The notes beneath the pieces were generated by a model. That model saw only the letters and a list, made by a program, of their open reading frames with translations, was not told the DNA's origin and made no database searches. Made by a program: the position numbers and the translations under genes. A stretch of 64,000 bases of DNA from Epiperipatus broadwayi (lineage: Eukaryota; Animalia; Onychophora): the NCBI GenBank assembly GCA_028023455.1, contig JAQFVV010000002.1:18538001-18602000 (forward strand). Direction: 5' to 3'. Positions 1 to 14,000 of this stretch are shown one piece after another (position 1 is the first letter of the stretch; each line of letters opens with the position of its first letter).

Positions 1-419
1 GGGAAGATAGGATTTACAAATGTCCAGTAAAAAAACAAGATAAATTTTTTTCTTTAATGTTAAAGTTCTATTCATTCCATTTGAAAATTGACAGGTAACA
101 TATTTTTGTTAAGCAAAAGTAGAAAGAAATATTATTTCCCTAGAAATCTGTTTTAATGTCAAAATATGCAAAATTGTTTATCTTGACTTTAACTGCTATA
201 ATTGGTATGTGATACCACTATCAATTTTCAAATGCCATAATTTAATATTATTTTAAAATTGAACAGGTGTTCTTCTACATATGTCTCTATTTTCAAAATC
301 AAATTAGTTTGACTTTAGCTAATGGGTTTTAATTATATTCATACTGCTTAAGATCTTAGACTTGGATGCAATTTTTTTCATGTTTTTTTCAAATGATAGC
401 TTTTGTTTTGCTACTACGG

Positions 420-560
420 GTACTGGTTTAGCATGAAATACATATATTGGTGATGATTTATCTTTTTGACATGTATGTGATCAAGTGTATCAGTGGTATG
501 AGATAGCATGGATGGTTGTGGGTCAGGTGAAAGTCTGAGTTCAAACCTCCTATATATTAC
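420..560 (+). repeat. Fragment of family E repeat (homologous to 53190-53330)
   Basis: ctggtttagcatgaaatacatatattggtgatgatttatc...gtgaaagtctgagttcaaacc matches 53200-53315 by eye. Confidence 0.7.
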
Positions 561-699
561 AGATAGAATAGAATGAAAAGCCTGTATGGCAGAAAAAATT
601 CATATTTCAAAAAGAAATATATTAAATCTTGTTGTTACTATTGGTAACAAGACTATGTAGCAAATTTATTTTCATTAAAATTATAGATTTTAAAAAAGC

Positions 700-2170
700 A
701 AAAAGCAGTCAAAACAAAAATAATTTTATTTCAGTTTCTGGCTACATTAAAGAATTTTTTTTACTCAAAAAATGTAATAATGCTTATAAAAAAAACTAAT
801 TTGAAATGATATATATATCTTAAGAGTAGTATGAGATACTGATTATAGTGGGAATGTAACTGTCATATCTGACCTTGCCTTTAGAAGTTGACTGTTCCAG
901 ATTACTTGCCTGATTGGCTAGCACCCAGGCACTGTCCAATGGGGATAAAAACAATCCTAGAAATTGTAGATTAATTTGAACTTGCATAAATTCAGGTTCA
1001 TTTGGAATGCTGTTATGGTTTGAATCATTGGTTTTCACTTTGAAGATGCATGTCTAACTTGTTTACTAAAAATTTCAAATTTGTAAACCGCTTCCATCAT
1101 CAATTTCTAGCACAAGTTTGTTTTATTGATACCATAAATGAATCGATAACATGTCACAAATTATAAAATCTATTTAGCATTTGTCCTCAACTTAAACACC
1201 TTACTTTTGAAAAGTATATGATGTTGCAAAATTAGTGTCAATATTTTTAAGGAATTCCTGGAACTGATAATGATTTGATCCCTTGGCTCGTATAAAAATC
1301 ACAGTATTGATGATGATTTGCATGACATTAGTCATTTTGAATCTTTTATATATAAATTTTCTTTAAGTATTATGCAATTATACTTCATCAAATGTGACCT
1401 TTGGGCAGCCATTACAATGTCTTCTTTCTACAATTTCTCTCTTTTTTTACTTACCAGATATGTTGACAATGGAGAAAGAAAATTGTTTTAACGTATTTTT
1501 TTTTTTACAAATTTGTATAAATCTCTTGATCTACTTATGTCTTTTAATGGCACTAAAAGCAATTTCTTCAGTCACATTGTATTCATCATCAACATCTCTA
1601 ATAATAATGACAAGTTTAGCTGTATCTGGAGCATAAGTCATCATCGAAGCACAAAACTTAAAATTAGCAGATTTAATTCTCCAAACTTCTTTCAATAGAT
1701 TTTTCAATTTTCAGTGAGACAAATTAATTTTAGAAATATCTTTTCTTTCAAAACAAATTATAAGTGCCACACTTTCGATACATTGCTTAATAAACTCACC
1801 ATCAAAAAATGGTTTATTTTTTTTTGTTATTGAATATCCTGTTACATAATTAGCTTTTGCAATGGAATTCATTAGAATTGTAATATTATGAAGAAAAAAA
1901 AACTTCATTGAGAAGTCAGCCTTTTTTTCATATACATTGGATTTGGAGCATGCTTTTGTATATAATGCCTGTTCAAATTATAGTTTTTGAAAACTTGCTC
2001 AATAGTAGAGTGACTTGACAAAAAATAGTAATCTGTCCACTTTTCATTGAATAATGTTCCTTCATCTGTAAAATTTCTTTTTTGGGTTCTGTATTTCATT
2101 TGACACATTGTACAAGTCATATTAGGATTAAAAAATAATAATAGATTAAGAGACATCATTTACTTTTAAT
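700..2170 (-). mobile_element. Decayed hAT (SPIN/GTF2IRD2-like) transposase
   Basis: ORF pieces FNEKWTDYYF...KNYNLNRHYIQKH (1905-2159) and KNKPFFDGEFIKQCIESVALIIC (1711-1908) match the N-terminus of this hAT group; multiple stops and frameshifts. Confidence 0.85.
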
Positions 2171-2223
2171 TGTAGAAATTAATAACTGAAAAACACAAAA
2201 CAATGGGTCTTTCCATACCTCTC

Positions 2224-2457
2224 TTGGCTTAAAACCAGTAAAACATCATATGATCACCATTTACACAAGCTGATAAAACAGTAGAAACTCTCCATAGAGT
2301 AGTATTCCTCAATGATGAAAGTCAGAAGCTAAAAACTAGTCTAGGGATATTGGATGAATAGGTACTAGATAGGCATTTTATGCACAAACCTTCTAGCATC
2401 CATTGATTAGTGTGGCTTGCACTGGGTGACACTACTGTATAGAGTTTGCTACTGTTT
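2224..2457. mobile_element. Family A HHR retrozyme-like element, copy A1 (tail and short arm at left, degenerate ribozyme on + strand)
   Basis: Inverted ends aaaacagtagaaactctccatagagtagt / actactgtatagagtttgctactgtttt; degenerate core tcctcaatgatgaaagtcagaagctaaaaactagtctaggga; candidate TSD tacctctc at 2216-2223 and 2458-2465. Confidence 0.85.
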
Positions 2458-4570
2458 TACCTCTCGTCTGTCAATGCAGGGTAAAGTGAAGAGCCAACTG
2501 TAAGGACCTATTAGTAATTACATGTTGTAATATTTTCATCAACTAATATCAAATTTTAAAGGTTTCCGAAAATGACTTTATTTAAACTTTTCAAATACAT
2601 TCAACTGACAGAAATAGCACACACGTAGTACATAATACAATATTTTAAATGGTTCTCTCACTTTTTAGACATTGTTAGCCTGATCAGTGAACTTGCAACA
2701 TTAGATTTGTGAATACTGAATATAAGGTGACACTGTAACCAACTAGGGGCTTAAGCTATTGTTCCAAAGGTAAAGTCAGTAGAAATGTCATATTCTTCTC
2801 TATGATAGTCTTTATAACGTCTCCATTTTTTCCTAAGAGAAACACTAATTAGTGACTTCCAGACATTGTGAAGTATCACAATATGTTGACCTATGAAGTT
2901 GTTTGCCTTTTTCATTTAAGTAGCTTCTTTGAATTTTTTTCTCTGTTCCCTATTTGTCTTTCTCAAACATATCTCCCTTGGTACATAGATGATGTGCTAC
3001 TTTTGATATGTTTATTTTTTCTTTTCTAATTATTAGTTTATGGACTTTCAGTCATTCAAATGCTAGTATTGTCATTGGTTGTGCCAGAAAAACCCGAAGA
3101 AGAAAGGAGAAAATACCACTAGAAACATTGTCTTATTTAATAACCCATATGTTTATTTAAACTTTTTAAATATATTCAACTATTAATATGATTTTTTTTT
3201 TAAATTAATACTAGGTGAGGGAAATAGTTAAACAAATAATTATTATTAAAATGCCATCATCATTAACCTTCAGGCACTATTAAATAGCCCCAACCCATTT
3301 GTAAACAAGGACAGATCTATAACATTGGTACTTGCACAATATTTACTTCTAAAAACTTCATATCTTAACATTGCAGTGGTAGGTTGAAATATTATGAACA
3401 ATTAACATCTTGTTAAGTCACCATGAACACATCTGCTGATATCAATATTAATTCATGCTTGAAGATAACACACTGGAAGATGCAGGGTTCACCGAAAAAA
3501 ATTGAATTTATGCATGCACACAAATAATAAGCTTATTGTACATTTATTTTAATTCTGTGAGACATATACTCATAAATAAAATCCACTAGTTTGCTTACTT
3601 TAGCCACATAGCAATACATATTCACAAAAAAATGTTCACACATTTACTTTAGTTGTATTGCGGCACAAACTTATAAAAATCTCATATAATTTAAGCAAAT
3701 TTATGATTTTGTGTTTGGACTGCATTCATATTTATCTTGGGCTGTATGTTAGACATTCCTGTCCTAGGCATCTGGTCACTCATTTGTAGTATTTCTCTGT
3801 GGACTCATGCTATCTTCAGATTTTTTTTTCTTGAATTAATAAATCAACATTTTCAATTTTTTCCAATAAGTGAACATAAAACTTGTAAGCACAGCAACAC
3901 CCTCACATTACTCTATAATATCATGCAGCTGAGAATTACTTAATTCATTTAAAAAAAAATAAACCACCACTGAGGTTAAATAAAAATGATACTACAAAAT
4001 TTCATTACTCTTTTTCCATTATCATTAAAATATATACACATATTTTTGATTTTCCCTTTTGTTTATATTTGTAATTCAAATTTGCAAACTATAAACAATA
4101 ATTAATGCAAGAGAGCTATAATTACAGTGAACTTCACTGAATGTGACACAGCTATAGATTATATATAAAAAAAGAAACCACCCCACTATGCAATGAACAA
4201 TCATAAGCAAATTTGAATATACATATTTTTAAAAATGTAAAACTATAAGAAAGATAATGAAAATAGATATTACTGAATAGAGACAAACACATATCATTTC
4301 AATACATAATGTCTTACATATATATATATATATTAATATTTTTTGGAAATTTTTTATTTTTTGTATTTGAACTTTTTCCAGTAGAATTTTAAATAATTTA
4401 CACAGTACCATATAAAGAAAAAGTTTGCTTAATTAAAATATTTTTAAAAGAAAAATTAATTTTCCAAAGTAATAATTCAATGAGATAACTCAAAATTTTT
4501 TAAAGATATTATAAATTTTTATAGCATACAATATTTTCAATCCCAAAAAATAAATAAACAAAATTCTTAC

Positions 4571-4727
4571 TGAATACTGCTACTCCATAGCCCATTTCAT
4601 TAACTCCCATGCGATAGCTACATGTTGGGATCAACAATTCATTAATCATGTCTGTATCATTTAAATATGATGTCCAAATATCTGGAACATCAAATGTCTG
4701 TACACTCCAAAAAGCTCCTATTCTACT
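4571..4727 (-). CDS. Candidate internal exon of an unidentified host gene (SRIGAFWSVQTFDVPDIWTSYLNDTDMINELLIPTCSYRMGVNEMGYGVAVF)
   Basis: On the - strand: acceptor ttgtttattttag, donor a/gtaagaa; 157 nt open in one frame with protein-like composition; product not recognised. Confidence 0.55.
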
Positions 4728-4817
4728 CTAAAATAAACAAGTAAATGAAAGAAGAATAAAACAAGATGAACATAATGACAAAGTAAATTTAAATTGTATA
4801 TATATATATATGTTAAA

Positions 4818-5003
4818 ACGAAGATTTGCACGGGTTAAATATATAAAATACATATTTTGCGGGTTCATCCGTGTTAAAAACTTTTAATATCAATATACTG
4901 ACGTTTCGACTTGGTCACACAAGCCATCCACAGAGTCGAAACGTCAGTATATTATATTAAAAGTTTTTAACACGGATGAACCCGCAAAATATGTATTTTA
5001 TAT
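4818..5003. mobile_element. Penelope-type hairpin insertion, family C
   Basis: Near-perfect ~70 bp inverted arms at 4839-4911 and 4934-5003; ~20 nt asymmetric tail at 4818-4838; sits in a (TA)n tract with duplicated atatatat..gttaaa flanks. Confidence 0.85.
4896..4936 (-). ncRNA. Minimal type I hammerhead ribozyme with one core substitution (CUGUGGA)
   Basis: - strand ACU CUGUGGA U GGCUUG UGUGAC CAAGUC GAAAC GUC/AGUA: 6-bp stem II, GAAAC-GUC with palindromic ACGU stem III; only 3 bp of stem I. Confidence 0.65.
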
Positions 5004-5169
5004 ATATATATAAGTTAAATATTTAGAAATAAGTAGTTTATATAATACAATCATAATGTAGCATTTCTAATAATATGTAATCACACGAGTTGATAATTTC
5101 TCTCTACACTGCTCACGTCAATGCATCGATCTTTCATCTCAATTTGAACTTGCAAACATAAAATAAAAT

Positions 5170-5400
5170 TTACTTTTGCACTCTCAATGTTATAAGAACA
5201 GCAAACTTCTATCTGTATTCTGAAGTTAAGCTTTATTCAATATGTTTGTAAATTGAAACTGACATAAGAAGGTAGTGCACTGATGGAAGCAGTACAGAAA
5301 AAGATTATGGCTTCCAATAATTATATATGTTGTAATAGAATATGGGACATGAGAGAATTAATAAAGAATAAAATAAGTGATTATATTAATAATAAATTAC
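5170..5400 (+). mobile_element. Short decayed LINE RT 3' fragment (Jockey/CR1-like)
   Basis: Reads ...LMEAVQKKIM..., resembling the post-RT region of these LINEs; heavily degraded. Confidence 0.35.
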
Positions 5401-6649
5401 AACAACAGCATTAAACATGAATAATCAACCACAATCCTTTGTGACTGAATAATGTTTAATATCAAGATATAGTATAGGCTAATTATCTTGACAATGCCGA
5501 ACATAGGACATAATATAAAAATAATTAAATATTTAAGTGCTAAAGTATCTATCATAATTAAAAAATGTTGATATACTTAAGATCATCAATACCCTGACCA
5601 TATGAAAAATTTATAAACTAATATCTGATTTGTATAAATAAAGATCAGTGAATGGATTTTAATGGTGATCCTGACATTTGCCCCCAACCAGCAAACCATC
5701 TAAATATCAATACACAAAATATACCTCCATATTATTGCTCTAGAGATAGTTCAGGATCATAAGGACCTTAGGGACTATGACTACAAATAAAAGATAATGT
5801 AAATTCATACCCTTAATCTACATTTACAATTCTCTTAAGAGCAGAATGCTATGATGAAATCAAGACACACATGCTGCCAATTCAGAGAACAGATAGCTTG
5901 AGGAATAAAGACTTTAACACAAAAAAATAACTTCAGAAATTTTTTTAAACAATTATTTAATATAATTAAAAAACATCACGCTATATAAAATAAATATCTT
6001 ATTTAATATAATTAAATAATAAATAAGCAAATTAAAAAAAATACACATAATCTACACAAAAAATATACTTTCATATAGGAATAAGATTGTTTCTTGTTGA
6101 TTCTTACTAATTAACATTTATTTTAGCTGAGTTATTTCCCCTTATTAATATAAATCTGAAAACAACATTTTGCAACATGAAATAAAAAATATAAGATTAA
6201 ATAAACATTTCTTCCCTTTTCCTATGAAAATGGAAAGGTCCCATAAATTTTCACATTTTTTGGAGGGGGGGGAACATGTTTCAACAAAAAATCAATATTA
6301 TTCATTATTATCAATTATTATTTATATTAAAAAACAATATTTCTAAATGTAGATGTGCATGCTACAATGTCTTATTACCATGGAATTTTTTCTTTTAGTT
6401 CTTTTATAATTTAAAGTTTTTTTTCAGGTGAGTTTTCCTTTTGGTTTCTTCAAATATTCAAATTAAAATTAAAATTTTCAGCATAGGCTTACACCTCTTA
6501 AATTTATTCATTATTTTTATTAAAAGGTTTTCCATCAAGTTCTTTTTATAGCTTCAAGTTTTCAGTTTTAATTATGTTAATTTCCAGGGAAGATAAACAC
6601 ACTAATTTTATTATTTTACAATATAATAATATTCAGACTAACTACAGAT

Positions 6650-9600
6650 TTCCAGATTAGGTTAGCATAGGTTGAATTTATCCATTATACAATATAATAA
6701 TTTTTATATTAACACATTTTTCTAGGCCAGGATAGCATAGGCTAAGACAGTCATAACTTTGAATGGACACACAAGGATTATTGTATTCTCCTTCTATATT
6801 TTCTTTTAATGAAACAGGTTACATGCTTGGGTGGGTGATACTCTGCTTTTAGTTAAAATTATCACATGGTTTTCCTTAAAACCAATTTCAAAAACTTATT
6901 TTATAAATTAGTAGTGAACCTAGTCTTACTTCAGAGTACAAGCTTAACTTCTCACTATTATCCTCTCAAGAATTGTACTGCTACTACTGTTCTCTCCTCA
7001 ACAACATGACTAAGACTTCTACTATTGTTCTCTGCTTAACAACTGATCCCAGACTGCTATGTTTTTCTTTAACAGATGGATAAGGACTGGCTGCTACTGA
7101 TTAGACACCAAGTCTACTGATATTACCTGCCTTCTATCTTATTTTTTAACACAGACCAGTTTATTCATTTAATCACACACTACCTCAGAAATGACAACAC
7201 TAAACTATGACCAATTGATTCTATTTTTTACAAAAATATTATTTTCCGTCCTTTTTTAATTAATTAAAAAATTCCACTCAAACCTTAATCATTGAAAAAT
7301 TTCTTTGTATGTTATTTTTTATTATTAGAGATGGGTTAATCTTTTAATATTGCAAAATATTTTCATTTCTTTAAAGGAAGATAGAGCAAAAAAAACAAAA
7401 AACTTTAATTAATTAAAACAGCATACTTTAAAAAAAATTAGTATTTTTAAAATAAATAAATAAATTGATAAACATTATTTAAGGGATTTACCGCCTTACC
7501 TGTCTTTCTTCCTTTTTTTTATACAAGAGTTATAAATTGAGAGATAAATAAAATTGTTAAAGGAAAAACAATTTATCAATATCTGTTTTATTCTTTTTTT
7601 ATATAGAAATATTTATTTTATAGAATTGTTGTTACATTATTTACAGGCAATGAATTATTGATATGATGGGGTTTATATTAGGATTGATTTTGTAGTGTTG
7701 ACCATATTTGGTTTGGTTCAGATGGAAACCAAGCTCCATGTTGCAGCAAAAATGTCTGGGGGGGGGACACACAACATTTTGTCACTCTTTTTAATTTTTG
7801 TGTTTCCCTAGAAATATTTCTTGATTGTTAATTGTTGCTTGATTGAAGATGAGAGTGCATTTAGCAGACATTGTAAAAAGCAAAAAGGTAGCCAGACATT
7901 CTAATGGATGGGAAATATCCTTTTATTATGCTTAGCATTAAGGTGATTATGGTTGGTTTGTTGTCTTTGGTTATAGATTTGTGTTCCTGTGGGTTTGTAG
8001 TGATTGCAGCGGTAGAATAGGTTTTGGGCAGTTTCTTCATCACTTAGGCATAGCTGGCACATAAGATTAATTTAGGAAATTTCTCTCCTGTACGACAGAA
8101 AGAAGTTTTTTGGGAGGGTTTTGAGGTTAATTTTTAGGATGAAATTAAGATACTTGGGCTCCAAATGCCATAATCTGAATTTTTTAATAATGAGTTTGTT
8201 AGTCATATTTAGTGTAGTGGGATTTTTTTATATATATTTTTCTCTCTTTTATAACTATACCAGCACACATTAACTATATAATTATATAAAATGTTTGGAA
8301 TTTGCAACATTATCATTTAATGAATGTAACTCTTTTAATGGAAATAAAATTATTAATCCAGATAAAAAAATATTTCATCTTGATTATGTTTATTCATCAT
8401 TTTATTCATTTATCTATTAAGTATAAATTATTAATTTATTTTGTCAAAAACAAAGCAAAGCAAAACTCAATATAGTAGTGCCACCTGTGCTAAACATAGT
8501 AATCAATGGATGCCAGAAGGCTTGTGCATAAAATCCCTATCTAATGCTTGCCGGTTTATTTTGTCCTGAGCAGAACTAAGATTAAGGTGGGATGATTGCA
8601 AACTACTGTTCAAGTTGTTTCAAGACTTTGAACTATTATTAATCTTTCTTCTTTTCCATGTTTTTTTTTTCGTGGATTGTCTATTATTATTTTTAACAGT
8701 TCTAGTGCTTATATTGGCCTTATCTCTCATTCCCAAACAACCCTTTATTTTGAAAGTTGGAGGTGTCAAAATTAGTTTCCTAATGCTTTTTGGGTTTGTT
8801 GACTCTGTAATTCTACTATCTTGTCAATAGTTTATTTTGTCATCACACATAATCATTTGATTCACCTTATGTGAAAGGTTATACATAATAATTTGTACTT
8901 GACCATCTAACAAAGTCTCAGTCATTAATGCTTTCAACTGAGCTATCTGGTCTTGAAAAAAAAAACCAGAAAATAGATTCTCTGGTAGCTATTCTGTATA
9001 TCTTTTATGATACTTGATTCTGCAGTTTTCCCAATACTTCTTCTTTTACCTTCTGACTGCCCTCTCAATGTCTTCCATTATTTATTCATTATTTCCATAT
9101 ACTTTCATTCATTTTAAAAATCTTTTCTTTCAGTTGTTTCACTCCATTTATCTTTTGATCTAATTCCTTTGGTTTATTTATGATCTGATCTATTATTTCA
9201 GTTTCCTCTTAGGTGTATCATTTACTGTTTTTCTGCTCTTTTGTATCTTTCTTTATTATTTGAGTTATATTCTGAATAACTTTCAAACACTCTGATTTAC
9301 TGTTTGATTGTTTATTTCTCCTTTTTGAATAATTTTGTCAATGTTAATCAAGATCTTTTCACCATATTCTTCTAATTTCTCATTTTGCTCTTTCTTATTA
9401 TCCATTATTGGGATTATATTATTATCTTCACAAACACTCATATTCTTTTGTCTCCATTTTGTTGATTACTTTTCTTTATTTTGTTTTGTAGTCTTTCTTC
9501 TGCTCTCTGATTTCTTTCTTCTATTTTTTAGCAATCATTCATTTGCACTCTGAATTTTCTGACTCCATTCTTACATTTCTTTGAACATTTGCAAAACCTG

Positions 9601-9700
9601 GCTAATATGCCCATATCCTCTGTTCTATTAGTTCCATCTGTTTGTTGATTTTTCCCTAATTACAACTTTTCTCTAGTCAGCATATGAACATATATTTGAT
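6650..9700 (-). mobile_element. Ancient retroelement relic (coiled-coil gag/ORF1-like, with a subrepeated LTR-like block at 6950-7160)
   Basis: Purine-rich K/E/Q-coding bias on the - strand at 8990-9650; block 6950-7160 recurs inverted at 10790-11010. Confidence 0.3.
8446..8554. mobile_element. Family A copy A2 (truncated, no ribozyme retained)
   Basis: aaagcaaaactcaatatagtagtgccacctgtgc...gcataaaatccctatc followed by the last nt of the tail (cggttt); 11 bp TSD tttattttgtc at 8435-8445 and 8555-8565. Confidence 0.85.
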
Positions 9701-10789
9701 TACTTTTAATCCTACAGAAAAAAACTAAATTAAATTACTTTCATAAAAATAAAAAGTAAACTTTTGAAAAAATATACAAAGCCTCATATTACCTTTCCTT
9801 CCATGCAACTTTAAACTATCATTTAATAATAATCTAGGCCTGTTTTCATTTGAATTTAACTATCTCAACACCTGGCTTTACTTGTCTAGTGTAATTTATT
9901 TTCCTCTGGTTTATTCCCCATTTCTAGCCTGCTCATTCATGTGTATCTTATTTTCTTCTTCTTCTCCTCCTCATCATCATCATCATGATCATTATTAATA
10001 TTATTTATAAGTACATGTTCATGCTTAAAATGAAGTTTACCATCACAAACGATTTCTACAGATCTGGATAATCATGTGACAGATTCAAAATGCCACTACC
10101 CAAACTATCTCAATTTATACACTATAAGCTACATGCAACCCTAAATAATGATGCAAAAATCTTTGCAAATCACTACTCCTTTGTGTCTTAGATGCTGGTA
10201 AATACAAAACTTTAAAATTATGGCTTGCTCTTTTTCTTTGAAACTTAGATGCTGGGGTTCATGGCATAGGACTATGTTAACTATCCATGATAATCATGTG
10301 AAAATATATAAACTCAAAAATGAGTTGGTATAGTGTTGGGTTAGAACACTTGATGGAGCTGCATGAAAACACTGCATCCTCAAGCCAATTACAAAATCCT
10401 CCATCCATCATCAGTGTGGAAAGTACAGCTAAACAAACTCCAATCAAAAGCCCACTCCAATCCCAAAAAAATCATGTTTTGCTTTTCTGTTCTACTTTAA
10501 ATATTAACTTTTTAAAAATATATATTAATATCTTCTTTTTGTATAATTTAATCACGAAATCATGATCTATAATCTTGTCACTTATTTCACAGTAATTTTT
10601 TGATTAATTATGAATCAAAATTGACTTTTCCCTTCAAAGTAAAATTATATGGCTTTTTGTATACTGATCAACAGAACTCAATCATCAGACTGATAATTGG
10701 GTCACTATTTGTAATGGAACCTTTTTGTAAAAATAAAATCAATTGGTTAGAGTTTAATGCTGCCATTTCTGAGATAGTATGTGATAGCA

Positions 10790-11010
10790 TGAATAAGGAC
10801 TGAAAAAACTAAGTTGAGCAGGTAAAAGCATTAGACTTCAATGTCTAGTCAGCAGTCATGTCTAATCCAGTTGTTGAGAAAAGCAGTAACAGTCTGGGAC
10901 CAGTTATTGAGAAAAAACAGCAAGTCTCAGATCAACAATTGATAAGAAAACAGCAGTAACATTTCAGTTCTTGAAAGAACAGTGAGACTAGCCTCACTAC
11001 TAATTGTTAA
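10790..11010 (-). repeat. Inverted copy of the 6950-7160 subrepeated block
   Basis: Reverse complement resembles 6970-7160 (ctgct..tg(a/t)t..ctcaacaactg units). Confidence 0.45.
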
Positions 11011-14000
11011 AAGTTTTTCGAATAAATTTGAAGACAACCAAGCGTTAAGCTTTATTTAAAAGATGAGTATCACCAACTCACCATGTAATCTGTTTCACTA
11101 AAAATGTAATAGGAGATAACCCTAGTAGAAATTTGCAACAAGCCTTCTGTACACATTCATAATCATGACTGTCTCAGCTTCTCATAACCTGATCTGGAAA
11201 TCTATTAATATGAAATTATTATATTGTATAATAAATTCAACATGTACTAAACTGATCCAAAAATTGTGTTCATCTGGAAATAATTATTATTATAATAATT
11301 GTGTTCATCTGGATATTATTATCATTTTAAACTAAAAGCTTGAAGCTACAAAAAAAGTTAATGGAAGAACTTTTAATAAAAATAGTGGTCAAATTCAATT
11401 AATACTAACCTATTCTGAAAATTTTAATTTGAAAAGTTGAAAAAATAAATAAAAAAACCTGAAAAGACATTGAAATTATAATTACAAAAAAGAGTAAACA
11501 AATGAAATCCATGGTAAAATAAGGTATAATTGATGTGCACATCTTCATTTACACATTTTCATTTATGTCTACATTTCTAAATAGTTTTTTTTAATATTAA
11601 TAGATAATAAAGAATAATTTAGATTTAAGCTTTTTTATTGAAAGGTGTTTTTTAATTTTGTTCCCCTCAAAATGTTGAAATGTACGGGATGTCCCCACTT
11701 CCATAAGGAAAGTGGAAGAAAATTTTAGCTAATCTTAGATTTTTATTTTCTTTTAATCTTTTATTTTGAAATGTGGTGTTTTCAGATTTAATTATTATTA
11801 AAAAAGGGGAAGAAGATTTTAATTAATCTTAAATTTTTATCTTTTACTGTAAAATGTTTTTCCATTTTAATCATTGAAAAGGGAAATGACTATGTTAAAA
11901 AAATGTTAATTAATTTAGTAATAATACGAATCAACAGATTAATCATATTTGGTATGTGGAATTATATATATATATATTATAGAAAATGTATTAGATTTGG
12001 AAATGTCATATTATTATATCTCTTCTGAATTTTCTTATTATTCATTGGATAACTTATTAAATAATTATTAAAAATCAAGTGTTAATGTCTTTATTTCTCC
12101 AAAAAACTGTTCTGTAAATTGACAGTGTGTGACTTGATTTCATTGTAGTGTGGTCTTTTAAGGGATTTATAATATATCCCAGTAAGGCCATTTAAATTAA
12201 GGTAGTTTATGGAGTTACATTTATATTTTTTCTTGTTCACACAAGCATAGTCCCGAAGACCTCTGTGATCCTGAGCTTGCTTTAGAACAATAATAGTTAA
12301 TTTATGTATATATGTAAGGGTAAGATCATCTTTAAAGTCCATTCACTGCACTTTATACAGATTAAAAATTAGTTTATAATTGGCCTGTACAATCATGACC
12401 AGAGAATTGATGATGTCAGCATCTAGCAGAATGACATGTTTTTATTATGATAAATACTTTAGCACTTAAGTAGGTGCATGAAGATGATTGTTTATTATGC
12501 TTTAGGTTGAACATCTTTTAGATATAGCAACAAAGGATGACTGTTAACTGCTCAAGTTTAATGGTGGTGATATAACTTATAATTGTCATAATTACTTATT
12601 TTATTCTAGGCTGATTTATTCATGCTACTTTTATATTTAATGATGATGGTCATTTACTCATATTACCCTTAATTTGTTTTATTTGTATTCTATGTTAATT
12701 TTATTCAATGTTTGTAAAACATGAGACAGTAGTGTATTAATGAAAGCAGTATAGGAAAATATTACTGATTCCAATACACACACACACACATATATATATA
12801 TAGGAAACATTCAATATAAGCAAATTACAATATATATATATTATAACCTATAAAAATAGTGAGAACAACTCTACCAAAAACCTATAAAGTCACAATCAGC
12901 AAGATAACACGATTTGACTCAAACAATATGATGATGTAGGCTAAGCTCAGGGTTTTAATATATAATATAATAAAAAGAGCCATAGGGGTAATAACAATAT
13001 AATAACCACACATTCCAACCACAAGTCTCGACATTTCATTGCAATGATTTGATCCTCAATTCAAAACTCTTGATAAAGGATAATAATGTTTCTTACATTT
13101 TATTTGTGCCATTTTACTTTTTAAAATAATTTATTTTGCCCAAAAACAATTTCTTTTGATCATTGATTATAATAGTAAAATCTCATGGTTCTTTATTAAA
13201 TATTTCTAATATTAAAAATTTAATTTTTTATTTTATTTATTAAGCAATGAATAGCATCCTAATAAAAATATAAGAAGACATATTCTTACCCCTAAGATAA
13301 TGTCTATCTAATTTACAATAATAATAACAAATTTAAAATAAAATATATAAATGAAAATATATTACATAGAAACTCTTAATTTAAAATAAAATAAAACTCT
13401 ACTAAGATAGCATTCGAATACCAAGAGCGGATAAAAAAATTTATGGCCATTCAGGATATCCTACTAACAACTCATGCCAAATCTTTCTTATAACTTTAAA
13501 ATAAATAATTTAAGTATTAAATTTATGACGAATAATCAACTATAATCTTATAAGGAAACAGATTATAATTTTATCACATAAACGGTCTTCTTTTAACAAT
13601 TACAGATGGATGAAAGTTATCATTTAAGATTGAGAAAATGAATAAATATTTTATTTTTTTAGATGCATTCTTAATATCTGCAGACCATTCTAACAAAGTG
13701 ATTGTTATCTTCAATGTTATGTGCATGTATTCTTAATAACTAACATAAAATATAATTATATCATTGGTTATATAATGTTAAGATTTCTGGATAAGTCGTA
13801 TGTGATTGAGATGGTATATTAAAGCTATACACAATTTAACAATAAATTATAACATTTGATTTAAACAATAAAGACAATAAGTAAACATCGATTTTGGGAC
13901 ACTGCAATCTTCAAAGTAAGTTATTCAAACACTACGCCATACAATTTTTCTGCCTAGAAGAAATTTTTTAAATTTACAGCTTATGATAAAAATAAATAAA

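Noticed and set aside
3250-3850. Continuation exons of the 4571-4727 gene, or an alternative genetic code
   Set aside because: No AG acceptor in frame; scattered stops fit ordinary decay of a TE or pseudogene
5593-5699. Upstream exon, or Sec-readthrough exon (WFAGWGQMSGSPLKSIH*)
   Set aside because: The protein-like frame has two stops, the open frame looks unconvincing, and the donor is weak
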